Below, in pieces: positions 7,850-17,215 of a stretch of DNA of 64,000 bases. Numbering within the stretch: position 1 is the stretch's first letter; every line of letters starts with the position of its first letter. The position numbers and the translations under genes are program-made. A model generated the notes under the pieces. It was not told the DNA's origin. It searched no databases and saw only the letters and a list, made by a program, of their open reading frames with translations. Source of the stretch: an uncultured Verrucomicrobiae bacterium. GTDB lineage: Bacteria > Verrucomicrobiota > Verrucomicrobiia > Limisphaerales > Palsa-1400. The stretch spans positions 1 to 64,000 of the forward strand of contig CAVPOM010000013.1 of NCBI GenBank assembly GCA_963707025.1. Direction: 5' to 3'.

Positions 7850-8215
7850 ATGAATCAAATGAACGCGGCAACAACCATTCTGTATCGCCCGGTCGGCCCG
7901 AAGGAGCTGGCGCTGATTCGCGCCAGCGGCCATCGCGCTTTTCCGCCGCGCCTGCCGCAGCAGCCCATCTTTTATCCCGTGCTCAACCAGGAGTATGCCC
8001 GGCAAATCGCGCGGGATTGGAACGTGAAAGACAGCGGAGCCGGTTACGTGACCCGATTCGCCGTGCGGACCGAATTCGCTTCCCTGTATCCGGTGCAAAA
8101 GGTCGGGAGTTCCATCCACCAGGAATTGTGGATTCCCGCAGAGGATTTGGCGGAAATGAACCGGAATATCGTGGGACTGATCGAAGTGGTTGAAGAATAC
8201 AAAGCAACTACCTGA
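7850..8215 (+). CDS. Small conserved protein, often labelled 'ADP-ribosylation/crystallin J1'-like; possible ART fold
   Basis: [43 protein letters not shown]. Confidence 0.6.
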   Translation: MNQMNAATTILYRPVGPKELALIRASGHRAFPPRLPQQPIFYPVLNQEYARQIARDWNVKDSGAGYVTRFAVRTEFASLYPVQKVGSSIHQELWIPAEDLAEMNRNIVGLIEVVEEYKATT

Positions 8216-8223
8216 CAACGTTT

Positions 8224-8913
8224 ATGCCATACACATACCAATATCCTCGCGCGGCGCTGACTGTGGACTGCGTGGTGTTCGGCTTCGACGAAGGCGAGAT
8301 CAAAGTGCTGTTGATCCAGCGCGCACTCGAACCATTCAAAGGGAAATGGGCCCTGCCCGGCGGTTTCGTGCGCGTGGATGAAACCGTGGACGACGCGGCG
8401 CGCCGTGAACTGGCTGAGGAAGCGGGACTCAAGGACGTTTTCCTGGAGCAGCTTTACACTTTTGGCGAACTCGGCCGCGATCCTCGCGAACGTGTGGTGA
8501 GCGTCGCCCATTACGCCCTGGTCAAACTCTCGGACCACCGCGCCAAAGCTGCCACGGACGCAGCCGACGCCGAGTGGTTCCTCATCTCGAAGGTGCCGAA
8601 GCTGGCGTTCGATCACGCGGAAATTCTGGCAGCGGCTTTGGCACGGTTGAAGGGCAAGGTGCGTTACCAGCCGATTGGGTTCGAGTTGTTGCCGCCAAAG
8701 TTCACCTTGTCGGAACTCCAGCATGTTTATGAGGCGGTTTTGGAAACTGATTTGGACAAACGGAATTTTCGCAAAAAGGTGCTGGGCTTCGGCCTGCTCG
8801 TGCCGCTCAAAGAAACCCGGATGGCCGGCCGGCATCGCCCGGCACAACTGTTCCGTTTTGACGCAGACAAATACGAGAAGCTCAAGAAACGCGGATTCCA
8901 TTTCGAGCTATGA
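8224..8913 (+). CDS. nrtR: NrtR family regulator (Nudix + wHTH)
   Basis: [33 protein letters not shown], then [24 protein letters not shown]. Confidence 0.93.
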   Translation: MPYTYQYPRAALTVDCVVFGFDEGEIKVLLIQRALEPFKGKWALPGGFVRVDETVDDAARRELAEEAGLKDVFLEQLYTFGELGRDPRERVVSVAHYALVKLSDHRAKAATDAADAEWFLISKVPKLAFDHAEILAAALARLKGKVRYQPIGFELLPPKFTLSELQHVYEAVLETDLDKRNFRKKVLGFGLLVPLKETRMAGRHRPAQLFRFDADKYEKLKKRGFHFEL

Positions 8914-8958
8914 AGCCATTTTGATTCGACACAAACCCAGTTTAACGAAAGGCACAAT

Positions 8959-9984
8959 ATGTTCGGCATCAAATTCATCAAGGTCCAGCCCACCACCTAT
9001 CTTCTGCAATATCGCGGCGGCCAGGTCGTTCGCGAGGGACTGGGACTTTCTTTCTTTTACTACGCGCCCACCACGTCGCTGGTGGCGGTGCCTGTGGCGA
9101 GCACGGACACGCCATTTATTTTCCAGGAAACGACAGCAGATTTTCAGGCCGTGACCATTCAGGGCCAGGTCACTTATCGCGTGGGTGATCCCAAGCGCCT
9201 GGCCGCGCTGCTCAATTACACCCTGGCGCGGGATGGGGAGGCCTATGCCGCGGAAGATCCGGAGAAACTTCCCGAGCGCGTCATCCATGTCATCAATGTG
9301 CTGGCCAGGGCCGAACTCCAGAAGCTCCCCTTGCGCGAAGCCATCCGAGCCTCGGATGAACTGGTCAAAGCCGTGAAGGAACGACTGGTTGGGGCGGAAG
9401 AGATCACCGCGCTCGGTCTGGAGGTTCTCGGTCTTTCGATTCTGGCCATCAAGCCGACGCCGGAGACGGCTCGCGCCCTTGAAGCCGAGACTCGTGAAAC
9501 GCTTTTCCGCGAGGCGGACGAAGCGGTTTATGCCCGGCGCAACTCGGCCGTGGAACAGGAGCGCGCGATCAAAGAGAACGAGTTGAACACCGAGATCGCT
9601 GTCGAGAACAAGAAGCGCCAAATCCGCGAGACCCAGATGGAGGCCGACCGGGCGGTGCAGGAGAAGAAGCACATCCAGCAAAAGGAAGCGCTCGAAGCCA
9701 ATATCGGCCTGGAAGACCGCCGCAAAAATCTGGTCGCGCTGGCGGCCGAGAACGCCAAGGCTGAAGCGGATGCCCGCGCCTACGGTGTCTCGACCACTAT
9801 GAAAGCGTTGGGCAGCGCGGACACGAAGATCCTCCAAGCCCTCGCCACCAGCGGGATGAAGCCGGAGCAACTGATCGCCTTCGCCTTCCAGGAACTGGCC
9901 GGCAAAGCGGAAAGAATCGGTCAGCTCAACATTTCGCCCGATTTGTTGCGCGAATTACTGACTCCGCAACCCGTCCGAAAATGA
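8959..9984 (+). CDS. SPFH/Band 7 domain protein with coiled-coil tail
   Basis: EGLGLSFFYYAPTT..TADFQAVTIQGQVTYRV; C-terminal LNISPDLL. Confidence 0.9.
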   Translation: MFGIKFIKVQPTTYLLQYRGGQVVREGLGLSFFYYAPTTSLVAVPVASTDTPFIFQETTADFQAVTIQGQVTYRVGDPKRLAALLNYTLARDGEAYAAEDPEKLPERVIHVINVLARAELQKLPLREAIRASDELVKAVKERLVGAEEITALGLEVLGLSILAIKPTPETARALEAETRETLFREADEAVYARRNSAVEQERAIKENELNTEIAVENKKRQIRETQMEADRAVQEKKHIQQKEALEANIGLEDRRKNLVALAAENAKAEADARAYGVSTTMKALGSADTKILQALATSGMKPEQLIAFAFQELAGKAERIGQLNISPDLLRELLTPQPVRK

Positions 9985-10982
9985 ATCGTCTGACCGACAA
10001 CAAAATCGTGCTCGTGACGCGCCCGACACGCCTGGCTGAACTGGTGATCCGGTTCAACACCGTCAGCCAGGCCCGGTTCTACATCGAGCACGAGGGCGCG
10101 GATTTCACGGATTACCTCTGCGAGGACGAAACCTATCATCGTGCGCTCAACGAAGCCCAGGCAGCCCTCGCCCAGGTTGGCCGGGTGCAAACGGTGGACC
10201 GCGGCTTCCTGCCGAACTTTGTTTTCGCGCCGGAAGACACGGTGGTCACACTGGGCCAGGACGGACTGGTCGCCAACACGCTCAAGTATCTCAACGGGCA
10301 ACCGGTTGTCGGCGTAAATCCGGATCCAGAGCGATGGGACGGGCGGCTGTTGCCCTTCCAGGTAGGCGACCTGCCGAAGATCATGCCGGAGGTGGTGCTG
10401 CGAAAGCGCCCCACGAAAACCGTGACAATGGCCAAGGCCGCGCTCAACAACGGCCAGACCATGTATGGGGTGAACGATTTGTTTATCGGCCCAAGGACGC
10501 ACTCTTCCGCCCGCTATCTCATCCGCAGCGGCGAGGCGAGTGAAACACAGTCATCAAGCGGAGTGATTGTCTCCACTGGCTTTGGCTCGACTGGTTGGCT
10601 GAAAAGCCTGCTTACCGGAGCTGCCACCATCACGCAAGCGGCAGGCTCGATTCTTGCCCGACAGGCGACCGAGGACCTGTTTGCGGGCGCAAACGAAGGC
10701 ACGAGCGGACGCGCCAAAGTGCGCCTAAACGTGAAAACCGAGTTCGCCTGGGACGCGAACTACCTATTCTACACCGTGCGCGAACCATTCCCAACGAAGA
10801 CGACGGGCGCGTCGCTGGTGTTCGGTCGTGTCACCCCAGAAACGCCGCTGATCCTTGAATCGCGCATGGCCGAGAACGGCGTCATTTTCAGCGACGGAAT
10901 CGAAAAGGACTTCCTGGAATTCAATTCCGGGACGCAGGCCGTGATTGGGATTGCGGAACGGAGAGGTTTGCTCGTTGAATGA
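9981..10982 (+). CDS. Divergent NAD kinase family protein
   Basis: GQDG in place of [16 protein letters not shown] in place of TPTGSTAY. Confidence 0.85.
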   Translation: MNRLTDNKIVLVTRPTRLAELVIRFNTVSQARFYIEHEGADFTDYLCEDETYHRALNEAQAALAQVGRVQTVDRGFLPNFVFAPEDTVVTLGQDGLVANTLKYLNGQPVVGVNPDPERWDGRLLPFQVGDLPKIMPEVVLRKRPTKTVTMAKAALNNGQTMYGVNDLFIGPRTHSSARYLIRSGEASETQSSSGVIVSTGFGSTGWLKSLLTGAATITQAAGSILARQATEDLFAGANEGTSGRAKVRLNVKTEFAWDANYLFYTVREPFPTKTTGASLVFGRVTPETPLILESRMAENGVIFSDGIEKDFLEFNSGTQAVIGIAERRGLLVE

Positions 10983-10989
10983 GGGAAAT

Positions 10990-11514
10990 ATGAAAACCGA
11001 GGAACGCATCGAACTGACCCGCACCGACATCACCCAGCTGGAAGTTGAAGCCATTGTGAATGCAGCAAATACCTCCCTCCTCGGCGGCGGGGGCGTGGAT
11101 GGCGCGATCCACCGGGCAGCCGGCCCGGAATTACTGGCGGAGTGCCGCACCTTGGGAGGCTGTCGTACTGGCGCGGCAAAAATCACCCGCGGTTACAGAC
11201 TCCCTGCAAAGCATGTGATCCACACCGTTGGGCCGGTCTGGCGAGGCGGCGAAAACCGGGAGCCGGAGCTTTTGGCATGCTGCTACCGCGCCTGCTTTGA
11301 ACTCGCACGGGCAAATGCGGTGAAAACGATGGCCTTCCCCGCCATCAGTTGTGGCGTCTATGGATACCCGATTCCCGACGCCGCGTGGATCGCGGTGCGG
11401 GAAACGCGTTCCGCTTTAGAACTCATGGATACGCTTGAGCGTGTCATTTTCGCTTGCTTCACGGAAGACGTGTTTTCGGCATACCAAACCGCGCTTGGGA
11501 AGGAGGCGCCATGA
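10990..11514 (+). CDS. Macrodomain O-acetyl-ADP-ribose deacetylase/ADP-ribosylhydrolase (YmdB-like)
   Basis: [44 protein letters not shown]. Confidence 0.95.
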   Translation: MKTEERIELTRTDITQLEVEAIVNAANTSLLGGGGVDGAIHRAAGPELLAECRTLGGCRTGAAKITRGYRLPAKHVIHTVGPVWRGGENREPELLACCYRACFELARANAVKTMAFPAISCGVYGYPIPDAAWIAVRETRSALELMDTLERVIFACFTEDVFSAYQTALGKEAP

Positions 11515-11585
11515 AAACCATCCTTATCCTCGAAGACAACGACGAGCGGTATTCGGCATTTCAGAGAATGCCATTGCCGAAATGA
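11511..11585 (+). pseudogene. Truncated receiver-like domain (24 aa)
   Basis: AGGAGG SD, ATGA overlap, [13 protein letters not shown], then an early stop. Confidence 0.5.
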
Positions 11586-11634
11586 ATCGCGCGGGCATTG
11601 CCACGGTCCAAAGCTCAGATCTATTAAGAATCAA

Positions 11635-12165
11635 ATGAACCAACCCAACCAAACCACCCTTCACGCCGGCAAGTTCCTGACTTTGATCAAAGAAGGCCAT
11701 TGGGAATACGTGGACCGCGTCAACGCATCCGGTGCCGCCGTTATCGTCGCCGTCACTGCGGAAAACAAGCTCCTGCTCGTCGAGCAATACCGCATTCCCG
11801 TCCACGCGCGCACGCTCGAGCTTCCTGCGGGAATTATCGGGGACGAACCCGGCAGCACGGACGAATCTCACCTCGAAGCAGCCCGCCGCGAATTGTTGGA
11901 GGAGACGGGCTATGCCGCGGCGCGCCTCGAGCCGTTGACCACTGGCCCGTCCGGCGCCGGACTCACCTCCGAGCGGGTGACATTGTTTCGCGCCCGCGGA
12001 TTGCGCCGCAGCGGAAAAGGCGGCGGCGTGGCCCATGAGGACATTGTTGTTCACGAGATTCCACTGGTTGAGGTGGTGGCGTGGCTGGAAGCGAAAGCGG
12101 GACCCGGACTTCTCATTGACCCGAAAATCTACGCCGGGCTTTTCTTTCTTGCACAAAACAAGTGA
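11635..12165 (+). CDS. Nudix hydrolase, ADP-ribose pyrophosphatase-like
   Basis: VEQYRIPV..LELPAG..AARRELLEETGY. Confidence 0.9.
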   Translation: MNQPNQTTLHAGKFLTLIKEGHWEYVDRVNASGAAVIVAVTAENKLLLVEQYRIPVHARTLELPAGIIGDEPGSTDESHLEAARRELLEETGYAAARLEPLTTGPSGAGLTSERVTLFRARGLRRSGKGGGVAHEDIVVHEIPLVEVVAWLEAKAGPGLLIDPKIYAGLFFLAQNK

Positions 12166-12271
12166 ATAAGGCGGAAGGCTCAACGTCAGTTCACAACTTT
12201 TTTCCGCTGGCGTCAGCGTCACTAGGTCCCGCCATTCCACGGTTTGCAACTGAGACGGCTTGGTCATGCGT

Positions 12272-13261
12272 TCAAGGCATTTCGAGAAAAGCAATCGTGG
12301 TGTGCGCGGCGGCCGCGCGATGGCAGCAGCGCAGGTCTCGCCAGCCGAAGGGCCCGGGCGGCGGCAGTCCCTTGCGAATTTGCTCGTCGTTGAAGGGGAT
12401 GCGGGGAGCGAGATGGGCCGGGACAAGGTCACAAGCTGGGGCTGGCTCGGCCAGGCCTTCGGAAAGCATCCTCACCTGCGCGGTGGAAACCAGCGGCACG
12501 GTCATCAGCCTTTCCACAAACCAGCCAAGGATATAATGAAACCAGACGGGCATCGGGAACATGAGCGGATGCTTGCCCACAAGGCGAGCGACGCGACGGA
12601 CGGCCTGCCGCAACGTCATCTCCTCCGGACCGAGCACCGCCACGGTCCGCCGGGAAAGGGCGCCGTGCAAGGCTGCAGCTTTTATGATGCGCACGATGTC
12701 CTCCACCGCGTTTGGCCGCATGGGTTTGTCCCGAAAACCCACAAACGCAAAAATGGGGAAGGTGTAAAAGCCGTGACTGAGATGGTCGAGCATGTGGTCC
12801 CCCTTGCCATAAATCACCCCGCATTTTAGCACGGTATAATCCAGACCACTCCCGCGCACGATCTCTTCAGCCGCCCACTTGGATTCATGATAGCCCGAAC
12901 CGCAGTCGGGCCGCGCGCGGAGAAAGCTTATCAAGATGATCTTATCCACACCTGCCCGCCGCGCCGCTTCGACCACATGGCGGGTTCCCTCCACATGAAC
13001 GCGTTGAAAGGTCTGAGCGCCTGTTTCGCGATTGATCCCGGCGCAATGCACCACCACCTTGGCACCCGCAAATGCGCGCGCCAGACTGTCAACGTCGTCC
13101 AATCCTATTCCCACAAATTGCGACCCGCCTTCTTGGCGAATGCTGGGATCTGTCCGGTCAAAACCGCGCGCAACCAAGACGACTTCATGCCCTTCCCCGG
13201 CCAATGACCGGGCAGCATTGCGTCCGACAAAACCTGTCCCGCCGGTGATCGCGATTTTCAC
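12272..13261 (-). CDS. NAD(P)-dependent epimerase/dehydratase (NDUFA9-like)
   Basis: ITGGTGFVG; YHESK. Confidence 0.88.
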   Translation of the reverse strand: MKIAITGGTGFVGRNAARSLAGEGHEVVLVARGFDRTDPSIRQEGGSQFVGIGLDDVDSLARAFAGAKVVVHCAGINRETGAQTFQRVHVEGTRHVVEAARRAGVDKIILISFLRARPDCGSGYHESKWAAEEIVRGSGLDYTVLKCGVIYGKGDHMLDHLSHGFYTFPIFAFVGFRDKPMRPNAVEDIVRIIKAAALHGALSRRTVAVLGPEEMTLRQAVRRVARLVGKHPLMFPMPVWFHYILGWFVERLMTVPLVSTAQVRMLSEGLAEPAPACDLVPAHLAPRIPFNDEQIRKGLPPPGPFGWRDLRCCHRAAAAHTTIAFLEMP

Positions 13262-13684
13262 GGCGTGCCTCCCTTCCAAGCCGCCAGCGCATAAACCACG
13301 GGAAGATAAACAAAGACAATATTGGTCGCGTGATAGCCGAGACGCAGTGACGAGGATGTCAAATAAGGGCGGACATCAAAAATGAAGGTTGCCGCGATGA
13401 GCCGCAGCGTCCAAAAGGCCGCGAGAAAGGCGCAGATGGCGCGGGGCAACGGGCCGCCTGGCCGCCAGAGCGCGCGCCAGGCCAAAGCTGAGCGAGCCGA
13501 AACCCACCAGGCACAAACCGATGAATGAATAGTAAACCCAATACAGCCGGCGAATGAATGGCGGCAAGGCCGCGAGATGGGATCGCAGCTTCACCGCGCG
13601 CGGCATGAGAAGGCCCGCCGCGATCAATCCGAGATGCAGAAGACCGGCAATTTGCAGAAGCACGATCAGGGTGTCCGCTTTCAT
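13258..13684 (-). CDS. Four-TM membrane protein, frameshifted near 13460
   Basis: MKADTLIVLLQIAGLLH... continues in a second frame as AICAFLAAFWTLRL. Confidence 0.6.
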
Positions 13685-13694
13685 GGTTATTCTC

Positions 13695-14621
13695 CTAGAT
13701 TGCGCCGACGGCCCGCAGCATCGGCAAGATGACGTGGCGGAGGAAGATGGGGTGCAAAAGCCAGTAGGCGGGGCCGCCGCTGACAACCGCGGTAAACAGC
13801 CAACCGCGAAATCCCCGTCCCAAGCCAAGTTTTCGGCCCAAACGGCTGCGCTCCCCCAGCAGGCCGGCGCCCTGGACTGTGAAATAAAGAGTCGGCAACC
13901 CAAAGCCGCCTCGGGCCGGCAGTGAAATCACCATTTCGTGCAGCAATCCTGAGAATAGAAAAACCGCGAGAACGGCCGTGGCCGTTCCAAATCTTCTGGC
14001 CAGCGGCGCGAAGACATGCGGGGCCACGATGTCGTGGAACGCCTTATTCCAGCGGCTACCCCAAAATTCGGCGAGGGAAGCCGCTTGAATTGGATTTGTC
14101 ATCAGCGGGGGCGCGTTGCAGCCGGCGGCCCGCCAGACATTTGACAAAATGTGGAACAGTCCAAAATGCAGGACAAATGCGATTCCCAGCATTCCCATCC
14201 ACCCGATTAAAATCGGATGCGCTGGAGGAAGGGAGAGAAGCACTCCCCAGACAAGAGCGGCCCCAACGAGGGTTTTTGCGCACGCCCAGATCCATTCGCC
14301 AACGGTCGGTGCTTGCTGGCTTCTGTCCTTCTGAAAGCGGCGAAAATCCAGTCCCGGCCACAGGAACAAGTAAGCGGTCATTCGTCTCCATGACACATCC
14401 CTCCAGGGCCGCGCATCAACGATGGTGACCCATTTTGCGGCGGCGAAGATGGAGGCGGCGAGGAGCCACATATAAATCCAGCGGGGAAGATGCCGGGCGA
14501 GTGCGGCGCACAGCGCCACCGGCAGAACGGCGGGCAGCCATTTCAGCGCCACGCGGCCGCGCGGCGCCGGCGGCAAAGCCGGCTGATCAATTCTTTTGAG
14601 TTCTGTAATTTCTGTAGTCAC
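13695..14621 (-). CDS. MBOAT family (wax-synthase-like) O-acyltransferase
   Basis: SLAEFWGSRWNKAFH, FLFSGLLHE. Confidence 0.88.
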   Translation of the reverse strand: MTTEITELKRIDQPALPPAPRGRVALKWLPAVLPVALCAALARHLPRWIYMWLLAASIFAAAKWVTIVDARPWRDVSWRRMTAYLFLWPGLDFRRFQKDRSQQAPTVGEWIWACAKTLVGAALVWGVLLSLPPAHPILIGWMGMLGIAFVLHFGLFHILSNVWRAAGCNAPPLMTNPIQAASLAEFWGSRWNKAFHDIVAPHVFAPLARRFGTATAVLAVFLFSGLLHEMVISLPARGGFGLPTLYFTVQGAGLLGERSRLGRKLGLGRGFRGWLFTAVVSGGPAYWLLHPIFLRHVILPMLRAVGAI

Positions 14622-14627
14622 AGAAGT
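14608..14627. promoter_or_regulatory. Operator palindrome, copy 2
   Basis: atTTCTGT-agtc-ACAGAAgt. Confidence 0.6.
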
Positions 14628-14650
14628 CCATTTTTAAAAAAATATCCGCT

Positions 14651-15169
14651 TTAGCCGCTCAAGACCTTTAGGGCCTTTTCGCCCAAGTGGCGCAATTTGG
14701 CCAGGGCCGGGGTGGGCCACTTGGCCAGTTGGGAATACCAGGCGCTCGTGGTCGTAAAGAAGCGATGCAGCTCGCGCAGGCGGTTCTCGGTATGTTTGTC
14801 GGCGCCCTTTTCCGCGTCCGCCAGGCACTCCTGGAGCATGGCCAGCGTTGGATCCACCTCGCGGCGCTTGCGCTCGTCCAGCACCAGCCGGAACATTTCC
14901 CAGACGTTGCTCATGCTTTCAAAGTGATCACGCTTGTCGCCCAGGACATGGACGAGTTTGACAATCCGCCACGCCTGCAACTCCTTGAGGCTGGTGCTCA
15001 CGTTGGAGCGGGCGACATCAAGGACTTCCGCGATTTCCTCTGCGTGCAAGGGGCGCGGCGAGAGATAAAGCAGCGCATGAATTTGCGCGACGGTGCGGTT
15101 GATGCCCCAGCGGGTCCCCATCTCGCCCCAATGGAGGATGAATTTTTGCTGGACCGCGCTGAGTTTCAT
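14651..15169 (-). CDS. GbsR/MarR family regulator
   Basis: FILHWGEMGTRWGINRTVAQIHALL..RSNVSTSLKELQ. Confidence 0.9.
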   Translation of the reverse strand: MKLSAVQQKFILHWGEMGTRWGINRTVAQIHALLYLSPRPLHAEEIAEVLDVARSNVSTSLKELQAWRIVKLVHVLGDKRDHFESMSNVWEMFRLVLDERKRREVDPTLAMLQECLADAEKGADKHTENRLRELHRFFTTTSAWYSQLAKWPTPALAKLRHLGEKALKVLSG

Positions 15170-15178
15170 ACTTCTCTT

Positions 15179-15198
15179 ATTTCTGTTAATACAGAAAT
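15179..15198. promoter_or_regulatory. Operator palindrome, copy 1
   Basis: Perfect ATTTCTGT-taat-ACAGAAAT just upstream of the regulator start. Confidence 0.7.
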
Positions 15199-15255
15199 CG
15201 CACAAATCCGCCGATTTGTCAAACGCCATTTTTGGGGCATCCTCGAACCGCCGCG

Positions 15256-15675
15256 TCACGAATCGCCCATCACCGTGATCGCAATGGTGCGCCGGCGCGG
15301 TTTGATGTCGCACTCCAGATGAAAGATTTGCTGCCAGGTGCCCAGCAGGAGTTTGCGATCCCGGATGGGCACGGTGAGGGAAGGGCCCAGCATGGTGGCC
15401 TGCAAATGGGAATGGCCGTTGCCATCGTGCCAGGCGTGTTCGTGACCGTAGTCACGGCTCGGCGGAAACAGCTTGTCCAATACTTGGGGCAGGTCTTCCT
15501 GCAGACCCGGCTCGAATTCAATGGTGCCAATCGCGGCGGTGCTGCCGACGTTGAAAATATGCACCACGCCAGAGCGCACGCCGGATTGGTTCACGATCCG
15601 GGCCACCTCGTCGGTGAGATCATGCATCTCTTTGTGTCCGGTGGTTTGAACCTGGATTTCTTGTTGATAGGTCAT
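15256..15675 (-). CDS. yjbQ: YjbQ/UPF0047 family protein
   Basis: HDGNGHSHL..LLGTWQQIF. Confidence 0.9.
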   Translation of the reverse strand: MTYQQEIQVQTTGHKEMHDLTDEVARIVNQSGVRSGVVHIFNVGSTAAIGTIEFEPGLQEDLPQVLDKLFPPSRDYGHEHAWHDGNGHSHLQATMLGPSLTVPIRDRKLLLGTWQQIFHLECDIKPRRRTIAITVMGDS

Positions 15676-15720
15676 GCCGTTGTTTATACCGAAGCGTCCG
15701 TCCAGGCGAGGTTTTCCCTC

Positions 15721-15810
15721 CGGGCATGGGTGTTGAGAGAAACACGGTGATGGCCGTGTGCAAACGCCTTCCAAACCGGAATACAGGGCGCGATACCCTG
15801 ATGCCCGACC
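15721..15810 (+). ncRNA. tRNA-Gly(TCC)-like element with an insertion in the anticodon arm
   Basis: Acceptor CGGGCAT/ATGCCCG, D-like GTGTT/AACAC, loop CTTCCAA, T-arm CAGGG-cgcgata-CCCTG. Confidence 0.55.
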
Positions 15811-15966
15811 CGCCTTCGCTCTGCGAGCTACTGACGGCAGGCCAATCTCAACGCTCCCGCAATGGCCACCCGGCATTGACTCCAACCCGGGTTGGCTGTA
15901 TGCACTGCCTCCAGCGGCAGGACTTTAGTACGCTGGTACGATGAACCTCAACCGCATGGAGTTTTT

Positions 15967-17025
15967 ATGAGAATGAACAAGATCATGCACGCCGTTTCTG
16001 GATTGCCACTGGCAATCCTGGTCCCCTTGTTTGCTCGTGCGCAGTCTGCCACGTCCACGCCGAACCCGACCGGCCCTTATCACGTTTCCCAGACTTTCCA
16101 TGTCGGAGGGGAAGGCGCCTGGGACTATCTGACGGTTGATCCCGAGCATAAGCTCCTTTACGTTCCGCGTTCGACGCACACCATGGTGCTCGAGGCCCGC
16201 ACCGGCAAAACGGTGGCGGACATTCCCGGCCAGAAACGCAACCACGGCGTGGCCATCGCCGCCAGCGCCGGCCGCGGGTTTATCACAGATGGCACGGATG
16301 CCTCCGTCACCGTCTTTGATCTGAAAACTTACGCGGTGCTCGGCAAGGTCAAGACGGCTGAAGACTCCGACGGGGTGATCTACGACCCGGCCAGTGGCAA
16401 GGTTTTGGTCGTCTGCGGGGACCCCGGTTTGCTGATTCCCATTTCACCGGACTTGGATTTGGCGACAGGGAGGGCGGATGCCAAGGTTGAACTTGGGGGC
16501 AAGCCCGAGTTTCTCGCCGCCGACGGGAAGGGCAAAGCCTACATCAATCTCGTTGATAAGGACCAAGTCGCGGTGGTGGACACCAAAACCATGAAGGTCG
16601 TTGACAAATGGCCCACCACCCCCGGCGGCTCACCGGTCGGCATGTCCATGGACGTTGCGCGACGCCGCCTGTTTGTCGGGTGTCGAAAGCCGCAGACGCT
16701 GGTCGTCATGGATGCCGACAATGGCAAAATCCTGGCCGACTTCCCGATTGGCGCCGGGGTTGACGCCACGAAATTCGACGGGGACGATTTCGCCAGTTGC
16801 GGCGACGGGACTCTCACCATCGTCCGGGAGACGGCGCCGGGAAAATTCCAGATCGTCCAAACGGTCCAGACGCCGCGGGGTGCGCGAACCATGGGGGTCG
16901 ATCCGACCACTCATACGCTGTATCTTCCCACCGCGGAGTTTCTGCCCCCGGCGCAAGGGCAAACCCGGCCAGTCCCAAAACCTGACACGTTCATGATCGT
17001 CGTAGTAAGCCCGACCGGCAAATAG
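15967..17025 (+). CDS. Secreted YncE/YVTN-type beta-propeller
   Basis: Signal peptide; GGEGAWDYLTVD; HGVAI repeats. Confidence 0.85.
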   Translation: MRMNKIMHAVSGLPLAILVPLFARAQSATSTPNPTGPYHVSQTFHVGGEGAWDYLTVDPEHKLLYVPRSTHTMVLEARTGKTVADIPGQKRNHGVAIAASAGRGFITDGTDASVTVFDLKTYAVLGKVKTAEDSDGVIYDPASGKVLVVCGDPGLLIPISPDLDLATGRADAKVELGGKPEFLAADGKGKAYINLVDKDQVAVVDTKTMKVVDKWPTTPGGSPVGMSMDVARRRLFVGCRKPQTLVVMDADNGKILADFPIGAGVDATKFDGDDFASCGDGTLTIVRETAPGKFQIVQTVQTPRGARTMGVDPTTHTLYLPTAEFLPPAQGQTRPVPKPDTFMIVVVSPTGK

Positions 17026-17215
17026 CGGCTGGAGCTGCTCTGACGTTTATCCTGCGCTTGGCGCCCCGCCTGCACCACTGATGAAAACAGCGCCGCCCTG
17101 AAAAAAAAGCTTTTCAGCGCGCCGTTTTCCGTGTTCAGTCATGCCGGTGGAGATGCAAACCGAACACCACCAACGTTTTGATCCGTTCTGAACACCGAAC
17201 ACGAGGAAATTTTTT

